A DNA stretch of 63,700 nucleotides, counting the filler, from Octopus bimaculoides (Eukaryota): NCBI RefSeq assembly GCF_001194135.2. It is 6 parts of 5 records of this genome, joined end to end, with 100 filler letters (N's around TTAATTAATTAA, not from the genome) between each part and the next. Parts side by side here need not be neighbours in the genome. Positions count along the whole stretch, not along the records: positions 31,363 to 44,928 come from NC_069002.1; positions 45,029 to 60,258 come from NC_068981.1; 4 more parts are not named here. One strand, written 5' to 3'. Under the pieces are notes generated by a model, which worked only from the letters and a program-made list of their open reading frames with translations, was not told the origin of the DNA and did not search any database. Shown here piece by piece: positions 36,681 through 49,944 of the stretch. Numbering within the stretch: position 1 is the stretch's first letter; every line of letters begins with the position of its first letter. The translations under genes were made by a program, and so were the position numbers.

Positions 36681-37249
36681 TAGGGTCAAAATTAACAACG
36701 AGAATAACAACAAAGACGTGGTATAATTATTAGTTTTGACTCTCAATGAGTGAGATTAAAAAAAAGTAGAAGTGTCTTTGATGTTTCGCGCTTAAGCTCT
36801 TTGTCATGAAACTAGCTTGTTAGAAGAATGAAATAATGTCTTTATATATATATATATATATATATACAGAGAGAGAGAGAGAGAGAAATACATGCATACA
36901 TGCATATAGCTCACATGCACACAATGAGTAAGAGAGAGAGAGAGACAGAGAGAGAGGGTGGGGGAGACTGTGTTCAGATCTGGTGATCACAGTAATCCAT
37001 AAATAAGAAGGAACTTAATATTTAAAAGCAAAGTATTTTATAATTGGATTTTATTCATATTCTTTCAACACGGTTACGATGCTTCAGGAAAGCGTGTATC
37101 ATTTAAGATTCATCAGAAAATAGATATTATCTCGTCTTTGATAATATAATGTTAAGCGAATATACGTTTTATTATGATAACCTGACCATGTTCTAAGAAT
37201 GGGAATATATTTAATTATATATATATATGTATATATATATATGTATATA

Positions 37250-37285
<36 letters not shown>

Positions 37286-37474
37286 TGGGCTTGTGTGTGT
37301 GCGTGTGCGTGTGTAAAATTCTATTTGTCCATAGTCTTACAGCATGGACGTAATATTTCAGCAGCGCATACATACTCCAAGTTTTATGTGTGTATATGTA
37401 TGCTTATGTTGCTGTATGTGTGTGTCTGATCAAATGAATGTGTACTTGCGTGTGTGATGGAACATATATAACCT

Positions 37475-37513
<39 letters not shown>

Positions 37514-38024
37514 NNNNNNNNNNNNNNNNNNNNNNNNNNNNNNNNNNNNNNNNNNNNNNNNNNNNNNNNNNNNNNNNNNNNNNNNNNNNNNNNNNNNNNN
37601 NNNNNNNNNNNNNNNNNNNNNNNNNNNNNNNNNNNNNNNNNNNNNNNNNNNNNNNNNNNNNNNNNNNNNNNNNNNNNNNNNNNNNNNNNNNNNNNNNNNN
37701 NNNNNNNNNNNNNNNNNNNNNNNNNNNNNNNNNNNNNNNNNNNNNNNNNNNNNNNNNNNNNNNNNNNNNNNNNNNNNNNNNNNNNNNNNNNNNNNNNNNN
37801 NNNNNNNNNNNNNNNNNNNNNNNNNNNNNNNNNNNNNNNNNNNNNNNNNNNNNNNNNNNNNNNNNNNNNNNNNNNNNNNNNNNNNNNNNNNNNNNNNNNN
37901 NNNNNNNNNNNNNNNNNNNNNNNNNNNNNNNNNNNNNNNNNNNNNNNNNNNNNNNNNNNNNNNCACACACACACACACACACACACACATACATAATACA
38001 TACATACATAGCTAGCTAGCTAGC

Positions 38025-38097
<73 letters not shown>

Positions 38098-38652
38098 GTC
38101 GGGCTTCCGCGCTAAGGCAGTGGTTGACTCGACGCTATAATAGAAGGCATTGTCCAAGATGCTGACCATGGGATCGAACCTCAGACCACATGCAAGGAGA
38201 GCAAGCTGGAAGCTTTTCAGTCACGAAGCCACGCTCGTGCATAGGCGCAAGCTTGACTGCACAGTAAAAAGTAAAATAAAATAAAATAAAATAAAATATA
38301 AATTGCTGCCAGAAAACAAATTGTTTAGAAGAGCAAAAGGAAATGGAAACCACTATCTGGCGAAAATGTTATCTTCTCGGTTGATTCCTGAAGTCTTTCC
38401 CTCAGTTTCACATCACTGATGATATCTCAGAATAGCAACGGAAACGCTCACTGAAGATTATTGCTTACAACAAAGAAAAAAACATGGGGATAGCGTTTAC
38501 GATGACGTGGGATTGTCCTTACGCCCAGCCATCGTCTAAATATGTTTGGACAGTTCATTGTTTTTCTCAGTGAGTAAGTCATTTCATGATATTACTGGAA
38601 GAGTCAACAAACAAGTATTCAAGTATTCAGTATTGTCGCTTCACCTGCTAAT

Positions 38653-38977
38653 TTGTTGTTGTTGGCACTCTGTCGCTTACGACGTCGAGGGTTCCAGTTG
38701 ATCCGATCAACGGAACAGCCTGCTCGTGAAATTAACGTGCAAGTGGCTGAGCACTCCACAGACACGTGTACTCTTAACGTAGTTCTCGGGGATATTCAGC
38801 GTGACATAGAGTGTGACAAGGCTGGCCCTTTGAAATACAGGCTCAACAGAAACAGGAAGTAAGAGTGAGAGAAAGTTGTGGTGGAAGAGTACAGCAGGGT
38901 TCGCCACCATCCCCTGCCGGAGCCTCGTTAAGCTTTAGGTGTTTTTCGCTCAATAAACACTCACAACGCCCGGTCTG
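38653..38977 (-). mobile_element. SINE family A (head in gap)
   Basis: High identity to 1975-2341. Confidence 0.9.
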
Positions 38978-39499
38978 NNNNNNNNNNNNNNNNNNNNNNN
39001 NNNNNNNNNNNNNNNNNNNNNNNNNNNNNNNNNNNNNNNNNNNNNNNNNNNNNNNNNNNNNNNNNNNNNNNNNNNNNNNNNNNNNNNNNNNNNNNNNNNN
39101 NNNNNNNNNNNNNNNNNNNNNNNNNNNNNNNNNNNNNNNNNNNNNNNNNNNNNNNNNNNNNNNNNNNNNNNNNNNNNNNNNNNNNNNNNNNNNNNNNNNN
39201 NNNNNNNNNNNNNNNNNNNNNNNNNNNNNNNNNNNNNNNNNNNNNNNNNNNNNNNNNNNNNNNNNNNGTGGACCTCAGCGGAATTTGAAATCAGACGAAA
39301 TTCCGGTAAGCATTTTGCCCGGGGTGCTAACGATTCTACCAGCTCCATGATTGCAATAGATAATGTATTATGCTGTCAGATAAATTCGTTCATTTTCCTT
39401 CGTCGTATATTTGAATCATTTTTTCATTTTCATTTTATCTAGTTTCAGCTCATGAGCTGTGGCCATGCTGGAGCACTGCTATCCTTATTTTTTATCAAT

Positions 39500-39960
39500 A
39501 AATCTAACAAATCAGTCAATAAAATATTCTCCTTCATTCTTCACTAATTCTCGCCAATGTTCCACTCGTTTGTCGATACCTTGACGGTAGAAATCACTTT
39601 ATCTTCACTCGAAGAATTCACTGATCCACGCATTCAACTCCACGTCATAATTCAACGTAACGCTTCGCAGACCGACCGAAAAAGGTGATAATCTGAAGAC
39701 GCAAAAATCAGAATACAGTGGATGCGGTAGAATTTCTCAACCGGGATCTTGTATAATTTTTTTGGTCAAATTAGCGACGCGAAGACGAGCGATTTCGTGT
39801 TGAAGACGCATTCCGTGATGATTGTCAGGTCGTTCGTCAGGTCGTTTGAACCTTACGTATCGGGCGACGATTTCATGGATGAGACAATTCCCTGGTAGAA
39901 TGGCGCGGATAACCTCGTTAAGTTGTTCCTCATTGAACTGAACACAACAGCTGGAACGCA
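39500..39960 (-). mobile_element. Mariner transposase C-terminal remnant
   Basis: LQHEIARLRVANLTKKIIQ..EILPHPLYS..SDYHLFRS, then FYRQGIDKRVEHWRELVKNEGEYFID*. Confidence 0.8.
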
Positions 39961-40864
39961 GAGAGTCATGTGTCTGAAAAGAGTTGGATTGTTTATGTCT
40001 GCGTAACTTAGTGGTTCGGCAAAAGAGACCAAGAGAATAAGTTCCAGACTTTAAAATAAGTTACATACTGAGGTTGGTTTGATGGACTACAAAATTTTTC
40101 AAAGTGGTGCCACAGCTTGGCCGCAGTCTAAAGACTGAAACAAGTAAAAGATAAAAGAAAAATTATGTGAAGCTTATAAAAAAAAAAAAAACAGTTGCTC
40201 AAGCTGCCACGCAATTATTCGAACTCGGGTCTCCGAGGTTGCTAAGCAAACTTCTTAACCAAAGAGCTACACCGTTTTTATTGTAACAGACAGAGTTATG
40301 GTTCTTTAAAGTTTTACTTACGATAATGTCATCCGAGACAGACTTCTTTTGGATAAAATATTGGACGGTCAGAGTCGGAACGATTTTGATCATATGCTTG
40401 ATAGATTTTAGTGCTGAACACAGGTTAAAAATAATAACAACAACAACAGTAACTACAATAACGAAACAAAAACAAAAAATCATTGTTGTTCATATCAGCA
40501 TTCGATCTGGACGCCGTCCCATGTCTTATTCACGACACCCTGTCCGACTCGCTGTTCCCTTTTGTTTCCGTAAAAAAAAAGAGGTCTCTGTTTGTATCCC
40601 AAGATCCCTATTTTGGAGTTAAGGACCAAAACCATTAATCACTTAGACATTAATTGTTGTTGTTGTTGTTATTTTTTTCTTTGTTTGTTTGTTTGTTTGC
40701 TTTCTTTAATTCGATTTATTAGCTCTGTTCTTCAGATATTATCATCAACCGGAAGCCTTTTCACAACAACCTTATCTTAGCGACTTTGAGAAAAGAAGAA
40801 GAAGAAAGCGATGATAAGGATAGATAGTGAAGATGATGGGTGAGCTTAGAGAGAGAGGGGAAGG

Positions 40865-40914
<50 letters not shown>

Positions 40915-41108
40915 CAAAGGGAGATAAAGGAAAACGTTGGGGTATAGGGAAAGAAAAAGAACAGGACAAGAAAAATATTAAAACAAAATGGTTGCCGTAA
41001 ATAGTTTAACGCTCCAGCCATTTTCTATGATTTTGCGTACTTTGTCGGCTACACATTGTATGTGTGAATTGACAGGCTTTGTGTCAACTGTTATTTTGAC
41101 AGTTGTTG

Positions 41109-41140
<32 letters not shown>

Positions 41141-41677
41141 ATCATCATCGTCGTCATCATCATCGTCGTCATCGTTGTTGATGTTGTTGCTGCTGCTATT
41201 GGTATTCTTTAACTCCAGGCCAGCTGTAATCCATCGGAAGATCTAAAGGTATTCAATCCGTGACCATCCCGTCTACATTTTCAGACATAGTTTATCTTGG
41301 ACTACATTATCCAAAGTATCCGTTATTTTTTTTTTTTAAGTTGATAGGAATTTAGTTGAAAGCTGCCATAGTCAGAGTAATATCCAAAATGAACCAGAAC
41401 CACTTGATTCGAGCATGGAGATGATTTAGATCTCATATAGAAGCAGTTGTTGAAACTGAAGGTGGCTTTATTGAACAACATTATAGAAAAGAAGGTTTAT
41501 TTTTATCCTCATTGCATTTTTTGATAAATAAAGTTATCTGTTTTTTTTATAAACATAACTCTGTCCTCAAATATCTTACGCACCTTGTACATAGAAAAAC
41601 TATTAGTTCTAAATCTCTGAATGAGAAACATGCAGTACTTTGTGGTAAAGGTGCTGGTGCTGGTGCTGGTGGTGATG

Positions 41678-41686
41678 ATGACGATG

Positions 41687-41746
<60 letters not shown>

Positions 41747-41935
41747 GTAATGAGAAGAAGAAGAAGAAGAAGAAGAAGAAGAAGAAGAAGAAGAAGAAGA
41801 AGAAGAAGAAGAAGAAGAAGAAGAAGAAGAAGAAGAAGAAGAAGAAGAAGAAGAAGAAGAAGAAGAAGAAGAAGAAGAAGAAGAAGAAGAAGAAGAAGAA
41901 TGATGATGATGGTGGTGGTGGTGAAGGGCAGCAGT
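41678..41935. repeat. (AAT)n followed by a long pure (AAG)n tract, about 48 units
   Basis: Directly visible; explains the poly-K/R/L/S ORFs. Confidence 0.97.
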
Positions 41936-43920
41936 AATAATGCCAACATCACTCACACAAGCGGAAGTAACCAACGCCAAGACCATTTACACACAGAACG
42001 CAAGAATAGGAAGGTTTAGAAACATTGATGATGGATTCTGAAAGTTTTAACGTTCTAAATACTTCGGAAGGCACTCATACGAATATGTGCAACAAAAACT
42101 AAAATAAAACAATACTAAAACAGAGTCTCACACGCACAGACACATGAGCACACAGACACAAACACGAAAAGAACACACAGAGACATACACACACATACGT
42201 ATTGTTAAGTAATCTAATAATCAATAAATTAATAATTCATTAGTTTGTCATTAATTATTCGTAACACCACAGTGGTCTTTTCGGTGATTATTATTATTTA
42301 TCGATCTATCAAAGATTTAGATCGTAATGAACATAATTAACGATTCGCTAATTAGTTAACGATAAATTTAAAGTGAACTACACTCAATACGCGAGTTCAT
42401 TGGCAAAATGACCCTACCAAAAATACAAAAAGTACCGATTTCCAAAGCACGATGCCGAATCAAAATTCTTGCGAAACAAATATAAGCACGAAACATAAAA
42501 ACACGTGTGGGTGTACGTGTGGATGTACGTGTGTGTGTAAATGTCTACACGCTTGTATATATGTGTGTATAATTATTCATGTATATATATATATATATAT
42601 GTATCTGTATATATCTATATCTATCTCTCTCTTTATATATATATATATATATATATATNNNNNNNNNNNNNNNNNNNNNNNNNNNNNNNNNNNNNNNNNN
42701 NNNNNNNNNNNNNNNNNNNNNNNNNNNNNNNNNNNNNNNNNNNNNNNNNNNNNNNNNNNNNNNNNNNNNNNNNNNNNNNNNNNNNNNNNNNNNNNNNNNN
42801 NNNNNNNNNNNNNNNNNNNNNNNNNNNNNNNNNNNNNNNNNNNNNNNNNNNNNNNNNNNNNNNNNNNNNNNNNNNNNNNNNNNNNNNNNNNNNNNNNNNN
42901 NNNNNNNNNNNNNNNNNNNNNNNNNNNNNNNNNNNNNNNNNNNNNNNNNNNNNNNNNNNNNNNNNNNNNNNNNNNNNNNNNNNNNNNNNNNNNNNNNNNN
43001 NNNNNNNNNNNNNNNNNNNNNNNNNNNNNNNNNNNNNNNNNNNNNNNNNNNNNNNNNNNNNNNNNNNNNNNNNNNNNNNNNNNNNNNNNNNNNNNNNNNN
43101 NNNNNNNNNNNNNNNNNNNNNNNNNNNNNNNNNNNNNNNNNNNNNNNNNNNNNNNNNNNNNNNNNNNNNNNNNNNNNNNNNNNNNNNNNNNNNNNNNNNN
43201 NNNNNNNNNNNNNNNNNNNNNNNNNNNNNNNNNNNNNNNNNNNNNNNNNNNNNNNNNNNNNNNNNNNNNNNNNNNNNNNNNNNNNNNNNNNNNNNNNNNN
43301 NNNNNNNNNNNNNNNNNNNNNNNNNNNNNNNNNTATATATATATATATACATACACACATACATAATACATATGTACTTGCACTATGTATGCATTTATAC
43401 ATATATGCGAGTGTATGTAATACAAAGGGTGGTGTGCTATGCAGGTGTAAGATGGGAGGTCTTATTTTCTTGCATAATAAAAAGATAAATGATTTAGAAA
43501 CTCCATGTAAGCGCATTAAAAATACATATTGTCAAAGCGATGAGATAGATATGTGTGTGTACATATATATATATATATACGTTTGTGTGTATGTGTGTGA
43601 ATAAGTGAGTGTGCGTGAGTGCATATTGTACTAGTCTGTGTGTGTCTGTGGCTGTGTGGTTAAATAATGCATTGTAAATTATACTATTACAATTTTCAGC
43701 GAAAGACAAACCTCAAAACAAACAGAAGAAAGGGATTTAAGGGCCCACTAAGTGAAAGTGAAAGTGAAAATTCGATTACGCATGCGCGTCAATTTATCAC
43801 TCGGTTCACTTGACCTTTCGATGTCAAGAAACTCATTCTTCACGTCACATTCGTAACGTGACACTCCCTTCACACCCCACCAACCGCGTGCACACGCACA
43901 CACATACACACTCACATATA

Positions 43921-43958
<38 letters not shown>

Positions 43959-44074
43959 TATCCCACCACTACCATATCTGCCATTGCTGCGTTCTCCCTT
44001 TTCTCTCCCTTCATTTCTCTCTCTCCGTCACTTTTTCTGGTTCCAAACTCTTTTATCCTCTCTTTATCTATCTG

Positions 44075-44116
<42 letters not shown>

Positions 44117-44439
44117 TTTCTGTCTCTCTCTTTATCTTCATGTACGTGTTTGTTATGTGTATATACGCACACAGACATATATATGTTTATATTTATCTAC
44201 ATATGTGTGTGTATGGGTGTATACACACGCACATGCATGTGTCTTTCTATTTCTTGTTCTTGTTTTTTTCTTTCACCACTTTCTCTCTCTTTCTCACGCT
44301 CTTTCTTCCTCTCTTTTCCTCCACTCTTTCTTCTCATTTCAATCTCTCACGACATACCAAAAGCATAGAAAGAGGAAGAGAAAAACAAAGAAGGAAAGAA
44401 TAAAAGAAAGACGGTTTGAAAGGAAGACACCAACAGGCT

Positions 44440-44495
<56 letters not shown>

Positions 44496-44739
44496 ACCAG
44501 CAGCAGTAGTAGCAGCAGCAGCACTAGTAACAGTAACAGTAGTAGTAATAGTTGTTGTGGTCGATGCTGTTTGTTCTCCTCCTTACCTAAGACATTTCCG
44601 TATTCTCATATATACATACATTTTGACTATATATATATATATATATATATAAACGAATAATGAAATTAACAAGAACAGATAACAAGAGGACGCGCACAAG
44701 GAATGTATTAGTGTGATGCCCGGTAAAGAAGAACGAGTT

Positions 44740-44773
44740 TTTGACGTTTCGAGAATTGCTCTTCGTCGGAAAG
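44740..44773 (-). ncRNA. Minimal hammerhead-like motif (variant core CCGACGA)
   Basis: Minus strand CTTT-CCGACGA-A-GAGC-AAT-TCTC-GAAACGTC-AAAA, with a palindromic ACGT stem III. Confidence 0.45.
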
Positions 44774-45501
44774 GAGAAAGGGAAGAATCCAAAGAAGGAA
44801 AAGAAATCACCAACCAAGTACTTGTGTGTATGAGTGTGCAAATGTAAATGCATTTATGTGTGCATGTGCATATATATGTATGCATGTATGTATGTAGACT
44901 ATTCATAATAAACAATATAATGATATATNNNNNNNNNNNNNNNNNNNNNNNNNNNNNNNNNNNNNNNNNNNNTTAATTAATTAANNNNNNNNNNNNNNNN
45001 NNNNNNNNNNNNNNNNNNNNNNNNNNNNCACATACACACACACATACACACACACACACATATATATATATATGTGTGTGTGTGTATGTGTGTGTGTATG
45101 TGTGTGTGTGCGTGCGTGCGCGTGTGTGTGTGTAGGGAGTGATACGTTTAAAAACTCGGGTATATTACTATGCTTTGAGTGTATCGCTACCCGTCCAGCC
45201 CATTGTGGAAATCGTGTGGCACTCATGATAGCGTATACATCTGTGGGTGTATGTTTAGTTGAATGTGTACGCCGATGTCTATATCTATTAGGCAGCATCT
45301 GCGTATGTACGTTGGTTAGTATTTATGCCTGTGTATATATGCATATTTATATATGTCTATGCAGTATGTGTTCATTTATGTGTGTTAGGATATGTGTAAG
45401 TATACTTATATTTCGATTACAGGGATTCACGTTAACAAAGAAAAAAAATCTAGTTTCTCATTAAACTGGATTACCTCCTTTCAAAGTTGCTTATTCAAAT
45501 A

Positions 45502-47002
45502 TACTGAACTGCAAAAGAAACGCGAGACGTGTATGACTGCGAAATATGCGTTAAATTCATTTTGTTAGAGATATATTTTGATAAATCTCATGCAATCAAT
45601 TTCTTAGATGTACTTTGACCACAGTCTATGGGTCGTTGTCATGTGTTCTTGTTGTGGGCGGATCCAGCAGATCGAGATTTTAGGGCGTAACTTAATCAGT
45701 ACCGTATATGCCCACCCAGGGTTTTTAAAACGGCCATACATCGTCGGTACATGGATGCATGACGCGATTCACAAAAGCCATTGGCACCTGCGCCCACACC
45801 CTCTGGAAATCTGCCTCCAGTTCCACATGAGGTGTCGGCCTTGCGATCACCTAGTCCAACCGTCTCTGAAACCCAATTGTGTTCAAATCTGCACTGAGAG
45901 CCGTCCACGTCATGGTTCTGATATGCTGACGCAGAAAGTCCAAATAACCATGACCGTGTGGGAGGAAGCATTTTCCTGCTGGAATCCGTAACTTTCGTGA
46001 CGCCCATAGAATGGCACGATGTGAGGTCTTAAGATCTCGTCAACGTAGCGCTGCGCTGTCATGCCTCTGCTTGGACCAACATTTTGGAACCTATGAGGCC
46101 CAATTCTCTGATTCCGGTCTACAGCACCCCAAACCATGATGCTTTGGGACACTCCAGGCGTTTCTATACGTTACACATGCGTATTCTACGCCACACCGTC
46201 ACTCTACCACTCGAGAGGGAAAACGCGCACTACCGTCTCTCGTCAGAGAAGACTATTGATCTCCATTGTAGATGCTGCCAATGTCGGCGCTGTGTAGCCC
46301 AAGGTAATCGTGCCTGACGGTGGCGGGCGGTGAGACTAGGCCCGTCACCTCAAGCCGGATGATGGCAACGCAGGTTGTTGGCGGCCAGTCGACGTCGTAC
46401 CCTGTCGTCACTGATGGCGCGCTGTCCAGTGCCAATGGTCACGCAAGATGTCACGATGGACAGTCCGAACCGATTACGGAGGTGTTGCAGATGAATGAAG
46501 CGGTCCTGCCTAGGCGTGGTCACCCCGAGGTGCCCTCTCCGGGCAAGGTTTGCAGTGCTATTGGTGTTGTGTCGTTGTTGCAGTCGGTAGATGATGCTGA
46601 CAAGGACATTGTAAGATTTCGCTCTAACCAGGGTACTCTGCACTGCTTGCAATAGGCCGATAGATTATTCTCCCTGCGCTGCTGACAATCGGGTCATATC
46701 TGATGCCTCCAAATTACTAATGCCAGGAACTCGGTTCAAGTTGATATTTACACTTATAATCTCTACGAAATTCATGCGCATTTCGGTTTTCATGACAATT
46801 GTGTACGACTGCCAACCGCGGCATTCAATGCAGCTGTGTTTTAGCGTCTCACTTCAGGGAAAGTTGAAATGTTACCTGCAATTTCGGTCTCAGCCAGAAA
46901 CCAGCATGTCTTGGAAAATTTACGCTTACATCTCTGAAATAAATTTTCAGAAGTTGCCATATATGACATTTTAAAATATCGCGCTTCTTCTGCGGCTCAA
47001 TG
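45502..47002 (-). mobile_element. Full-length (~1.5 kb) decayed Tc1 element
   Basis: TIRs (T)ACTGAACTGCAAAAGAAACGCGA and CATTGAGCCGCAGAAGAAGCGCGA with TA flanks. Minus frames give VTTPRQDRFIHLQHLRNRF, WRSIVFSDE, SIMVWGAV, FQQENASSHT and MYRRCMAVLKTLGGHIRY*. Confidence 0.92.
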
Positions 47003-48528
47003 TATTGTATTTAGAACAGATTATTCTACTGTATACACAATAACTTTCAAAATTAGACTCATTCCTATATACTGATAAAAATGACCATTAAGAATTTTGA
47101 ACAAATTTTTTAAACGGTCAAACCGGGCTAATTTGTTAAGAGGTTTCCAGCTTGCTGAACGATTATTGATGTTGCCAAGGTGGAGTATATATGGTAACAA
47201 TTCATTTCTTGCTGAAAAATAATCAAATATACGTTATTATTACTTCAGGTAAAGTGAATGGTTTCTTTAGAATTAATGGAAATATTTAAGCAAGTATTAG
47301 GATTAGTAACTTAGATATCGTTTCGAGTTTAATTTGGCGGTGGAGTTAATTTTATTGCTATCCATAAAATACAGTATAATAGCATTACATATAGTATACT
47401 ATAACATCTCACATTAACTTTGAACTTGATTTTCAATAACACATTCTAAGAAAAATATATTTCATTGTAGTTCTCTTATTATTCCCTTCTACCGCACAGT
47501 TTGATTTGTACCTTTTCATTGTAAAGTCTATTGAAAACTATTAAATATATAATGATGTGAATACAATCGCATACACCTCTCTACTATAAATGGATCTTTT
47601 TTTCAGTATGTTAAATTATTCATATATCTGTCGTCGTTTATCCCAGGATTTCGCGATTTCTTTTTATAAAAACTATATGACGTTTCAAGTAAACTATTGT
47701 GAAGTAGTATAACTAGAATGGTGGTGCAGGGAATGTTACTAGTCGACAGATTCTCAATCTTGATCTAGGCAATAGCCAGTCAAATGTCAATGATATCGAG
47801 ATCATATCAATGTTTTAGCTTTATTGAATCATACGCACACAGAAGGTCTGCTTTGATATTGCTATTGCAAAGCAACATTACAGGCAATTTCCTTTTCATG
47901 AGTTTCGTCAACAGTTTTAATGTTTATCCCATTAATTGGAGAGCTACCTTTCTGAATATTTCTCTATTGCCCACTGAATAAAATTTATTCTGCATATGTA
48001 ATTGCGCAAAATTTGAGCGATCTCAACAAGAAGGTAAACATTTTCCCATTTTTTACTATTTAAATGTTATTTTATAGATATGCTACCAAACTGCCTCACA
48101 AGTATTTTGAATATTTATGGCAGTGAGGATTTCTTCAGTGGTATCATTTATACGAATTCAAGTAATCTATTTATTTTAGTTCCAACAGTGCCATACGTCT
48201 CAATAGAAAGAGTTACATTTTTATCGTTATGATCCTTACATTGACATTTCATGTTGTAGTATTCTGAGCTTCAGAACATCACTTTGGTTCATCAGGTCCA
48301 TACGTATATACGTCATTTGAAAGCACCTACAGGTTAAAAAGGACATTCTGTACAATCAAAACAAATAAAATCGAGTTTATTAACGAGGCACAACAGCACC
48401 GAAGGATGCAACTCAACCATCGGTATAATATTTACCCACGTGGGATCCATGCAAGATGGCTCGAAACGATCGTATTGATTCATAAGGAATCTCGTGAGTA
48501 TCAATCTGTGTTTCTATCAATTGTTATA

Positions 48529-48560
<32 letters not shown>

Positions 48561-48929
48561 CATATATATATATATGTATGTATGTATATATAGATAGATA
48601 GCTAGCTATGTATGTATGTATGTATATGTAAATGTACATATGTAAATATATATATACATACATACATACCTATATATATATATATATATATATATAAATA
48701 CATACATACCTATATATATANNNNNNNNNNNNNNNNNNNNNNNNNNNNNNNNNNNNNNNNNNNNNNNNNNNNNNNNNNNNNNNNNNNNNNNNNNNNNNNN
48801 NNNNNNNNNNNNNNNNNNNNNNNNNNNNNNNNNNNNNNNNNNNNNNNNNNNNNNNNNNNNNNNNNNNNNNNNNNNNNNNNNNNNNNNNNNNNNNNNNNNN
48901 NNNNNNNNNNNNNNNNNNNNNNNNNNAAA

Positions 48930-49210
48930 TGGGAGAATTCACGAAAAAACAACAGACGAAGACAGGTGGTGTAAACAACAAATAGATGTATTAGTATAAC
49001 GCTCGGGAATAGAGAAAAGCTTTAACGTTTCCAGCCTACGCTCTTCAACAGAAAGGAACACAGAAAGAAACCTGTGTAGTGGTCAGCGATCTATCATGGC
49101 AAATGCCGGACAGAAGGGTCACACAGGAGAGTTAAGAAGGAGAGATGACAAAAGAGTAGTGATCCCAAAACGAAGGTGCGTGTGTGTGAAAGAATACTGG
49201 TGATCTTAAC
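48930..49210 (-). mobile_element. Probable Penelope pseudo-LTR remnant with a minimal hammerhead-like motif at 49020-49055
   Basis: Minus strand CTTT-CTGTTGA-A-GAGC-GTAG-GCTG-GAAACGTT-AAAG. Shares the upstream ATGTATTAGT context with the 44.7 kb motif. Confidence 0.5.
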
Positions 49211-49392
49211 GTATGCATATGTGTATGTAGGTGTGAAGGTGTGAAAATGTGGGGTTGGCTATTGGTTAGTTCTGGCGTTGCATGGTGGTGTGTTGTGATG
49301 TGATGTGTTGTGTGATACGGTGTAGCGTGGTGTGATCTGAAGGTGTTGGGAGTTGGGGGAGGCGAGAGTGGGGAAATAATGGGTGGGGTGTA

Positions 49393-49944
49393 AATGTAAT
49401 GATTTTCTCTTTGTTGCTTTCAGGTTTTGCTTCTGTTCTGTTTACGGTGATAAAATCCTCTCTCTTTAGCTGGTAGATATTTTTGTTTTCATTCCCCACA
49501 ATATCTAGTTCTCAATTTCCATATGCATTTTTTTCTGCTCTCTTACATCCCAAATCGGTGTAATTATTACATAGTTCATGTGCAAAAATAGGTCAAATCT
49601 CTTTCGTCGCTTGATTTGTCGAGGTTGCTGTATGGAGTATAAACTTGTAAGTCTTTATGATGTGATTGTGTACTGAAGTGGCGAAAATATTTTTCTCACC
49701 GATACAAAATATTTTCGTTATCAGTCATATCCTCTCCAAAACGATATATTGAGTTCTTGGCCATATAGAAATCTTTAAATGTTCTTTCTTTTGAGTGTTT
49801 TCGCTTGTGAATTTGATTTACATATACTCGGAACAGTTCTCACTTTTATTCCGATTCAAAGGTCCCGAATGTCGTTTCTAAAAGAACATTCCATGTTCAT
49901 GCAATAAATGGAAGTAAATGTGTTCATAGAGCTTAATCGGATAT
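49393..49944. repeat. Copy 1 of a ~550 bp local direct duplication
   Basis: Aligns end to end with 52707-53261 at roughly 85-90% identity (visual estimate). Confidence 0.95.
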
